From a virus, in the IMG/VR virus record IMGVR_UViG_3300020190_000032, positions 1-64,000 of that record: 64,000 bases of DNA; one strand, given 5' to 3'. Position 1 is the stretch's first letter; each line of letters opens with the position of its first letter. Both the position numbers and the translations under genes were made by a program. The notes beneath the pieces are model-generated. The model saw only the letters and a program-made list of their open reading frames with translations, was not told the DNA's origin and made no database searches. Below are positions 61,892 through 64,000 of the stretch, piece after piece.

Positions 61892-64000
61892 ATGGCAGAA
61901 TTTTCCAAGGCCGCTCCCAGTGCAGAGGCAGTTTTCTATCGCACTTACAGCCGCCGCAAGGCTGATGGGACAAGGGAGAATTTCAAGGAGGCTATGACCC
62001 GTTGTGTTAACTCAATTGCAATAATCGGTCAGTTTACAAATGAAGAAAAGCATCTCGTTATCAAGCAAGCTCTAAAGCAGGCATGCTTCCCGTCTGGCAG
62101 AGCTTTTTGGGTCGCCGGTACGGAATGGGCTAAAAAGAAACAAAACTATAGTGGTTGGTACAATTGTACTAGTACTAGGGTTGTAGACCTAGAGGCCTTT
62201 GAGCTAATCATGGAGCTTGCCATGATGGGCTCAGGCACTGGAGCGATGCTTGAGACGCATGTTATTGATGCATTGCCTTCGGTTGAAAATTTTATTGATA
62301 TTGTACTAACGACAGAAGTTGGCGGCATTGAACCTGCGCAGAGGCAGGATGAAACTTTTGTTGTTACTCCGGAAGAGAGTGGCGAGAATGAGTATGTATT
62401 GGTCGTTGGCGATAGCCGCCAAGGCTGGGTAAAAGCTTATCGGGCGATCCTCGATCTTGCTTGCAATCCTACTGGTAATGACGTTCAATTAATCATTGAT
62501 CTTGGAAATATTCGTTCTGCAGGCGAAAAGTTAAAAGGTTTTGGTGGAACTGCCAATCCAATCAAGCTGCGAGAGATGTTCGAAAGGGTTGCAAAAATCC
62601 TTAACAAAGCAGTTGGTCGCAAGTTGACTGCCATCGAATGCTGCCTTATCATTGACGAGGCTGCAGCCTGCGTTGTTGCCGGCAACATTCGTCGCAGCGC
62701 AGGAATGAGACAATTCTCTTGGGATGATACCCAAGCAGTTAACTCCAAATCCGGTCTTTATTCCCAAGATGAAAACGGCAACTGGCGGGTCGACTCCGAA
62801 AAAGAAGCCCTTCGGATGGCTAATCATACTTCCTGCTATCACTTTAAGCCTTCAAAAGATGAAGTAGAAGAGTCAATTCGCCAGCAGTTCTACAGCGGTG
62901 AAGGAGCTATTCAGTATGTCCCGCAGGCTCTTTTGAGAGCCAATGCTGACTTGCTTGATACGGAAGAATCAAAACAGCGCTTCCTAAGGGAGTATGCAAA
63001 GGGGCGTGAATTTGCAGAATCATTCTTAGTTTTATACGGCTACGAGAAGGGAATCAAATTGCAAAAGAGAGAGGCTGAGCATCGGATTAGCCGGTACGGC
63101 CTTAATCCTTGCGGTGAAATCATTGGCAGCGACTTCCACTGCAATCTTTCTGAAGTACATTTGAATACAATTGATCCTAACGATCGTCAGGCTCAAATTG
63201 ATGCTTTCAAGGCTGGGGCTTTACAAGTTGCTGCCTTACTGCACCATGAATTTAAAGATGAGCGCTATCAATACAGCCGTGAGATTGACCCCATTGTTGG
63301 CGTAAGTTTTACCGGTCTGTTTGATTTCTTTGTTCAAGCCTTTGGAGCCGAATGGCTTAGCTGGATGATGAAGGGTCGTCCTAATAATAACGCTGGCAGA
63401 AAGTATCAAGATTTAGAAATGAAATACTTGGCGCTTTGGCGTTCTATTGTTAGGGAAACGATTTCCGAATACTGCATTAAACACGGACTGCGCGTACCCA
63501 ACCGTACAACAACCGTACAACCTGCTGGCACGAAAAGTTTGCTTACAGGTGCTTCTTCTGGATGGCATCCTCCCAAAGCTCAACGTTTCATCCGTCGTAT
63601 TACTTTTGGCAAGACCGACCCGTTGGTGTCAGCTTTGAGAGATTGGGGTTACAATGTTATCCCTGCTCAGTCAGCAAAAGATGAAAATGGCAATCTTTTG
63701 GATGACATCCTTGACGATCGCGTTCAGGAAGTTTTGGTTGAAATTCCCACAGAGGTATCCTGGGCTAATCTTGAGGGATGTGATCAGTTTGAATTAAGCC
63801 AATTGCCTGCAGAATCTCAATGGGGTCTGTATATGCAGGTTCAAAAGTATTACACTGAACACAATACAAGCGCCACCATTGAATATAGAGAAAACGAAAT
63901 CCCAGTTCTGACTGAGTTAATTCACGACTCAATCAAGAATGATACTGGCTACATCTCTGCCGCCTTGCTAGCTCGGTTTGACGAAAATGAAACCTTCCCT
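61892..64000 (+). CDS. nrdJ: Class II (B12-dependent) ribonucleotide reductase, runs off the window end
   Basis: VFYRTYSRR, FPSGR, YNCTS, AGNIRRSA, GLNPCGEI, TTVQPAGTKSLL. Confidence 0.95.
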   Translation, partial: MAEFSKAAPSAEAVFYRTYSRRKADGTRENFKEAMTRCVNSIAIIGQFTNEEKHLVIKQALKQACFPSGRAFWVAGTEWAKKKQNYSGWYNCTSTRVVDLEAFELIMELAMMGSGTGAMLETHVIDALPSVENFIDIVLTTEVGGIEPAQRQDETFVVTPEESGENEYVLVVGDSRQGWVKAYRAILDLACNPTGNDVQLIIDLGNIRSAGEKLKGFGGTANPIKLREMFERVAKILNKAVGRKLTAIECCLIIDEAAACVVAGNIRRSAGMRQFSWDDTQAVNSKSGLYSQDENGNWRVDSEKEALRMANHTSCYHFKPSKDEVEESIRQQFYSGEGAIQYVPQALLRANADLLDTEESKQRFLREYAKGREFAESFLVLYGYEKGIKLQKREAEHRISRYGLNPCGEIIGSDFHCNLSEVHLNTIDPNDRQAQIDAFKAGALQVAALLHHEFKDERYQYSREIDPIVGVSFTGLFDFFVQAFGAEWLSWMMKGRPNNNAGRKYQDLEMKYLALWRSIVRETISEYCIKHGLRVPNRTTTVQPAGTKSLLTGASSGWHPPKAQRFIRRITFGKTDPLVSALRDWGYNVIPAQSAKDENGNLLDDILDDRVQEVLVEIPTEVSWANLEGCDQFELSQLPAESQWGLYMQVQKYYTEHNTSATIEYRENEIPVLTELIHDSIKNDTGYISAALLARFDENETFP

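Noticed and set aside
61892-64000. Intein or intron in nrdJ (also checked by eye in terL, helicase, primase and psbA)
   Set aside because: Motif spacing is normal and no intein boundary or homing domain is apparent within the window
1-64000. Prophage boundary or host chromosomal DNA
   Set aside because: No integrase, att site or host housekeeping operon; host-like genes are interspersed with phage genes

Overview
Part of a tailed dsDNA cyanophage genome with siphovirus-type tail genes (tail tube, lambda-type frameshifted tail chaperone, 1578-aa tape measure, no sheath seen). The probable host is a picocyanobacterium (Synechococcus/Cyanobium-like), inferred from psbA, a CP12-like peptide, a glutamine riboswitch in front of a DUF4278-type gene and a cyanobacterial-type class II RNR. 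Layout: early/terminus-like region with strong strand skew (1-2.5 kb); psbA, small accessory genes and several structured non-coding RNAs (2.5-8.7 kb); neck and tail genes (8.7-33.8 kb); scaffold, capsid and decoration genes (33.9-37.2 kb); a second fibre cluster and lysis genes (37.3-47.4 kb); then replication, recombination, nucleotide metabolism and packaging genes with two sigma factors (47.5-64 kb). No portal, DNA polymerase, integrase or reverse transcriptase is recognisable. Main leads: (1) about 20 copies of a GGHANN(C/A)TA motif, most about 20 nt before virion, lysis and packaging genes, a candidate phage-sigma late regulon; (2) two separate mini-genes resembling the C-terminal domain and C-terminal tail of host Pol III tau (DnaX); (3) a minus-strand cassette of a metallophosphoesterase, a multi-stem RNA and a non-canonical tRNA-like RNA; (4) an orphan structured RNA at 4.1-4.3 kb; (5) a glutamine riboswitch with a repeat-flanked hairpin insertion; (6) a cupredoxin-like domain with a full type-1 copper ligand set in a fibre. 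All family assignments come from reading motifs by eye and from recalled homologues; no database search was run.
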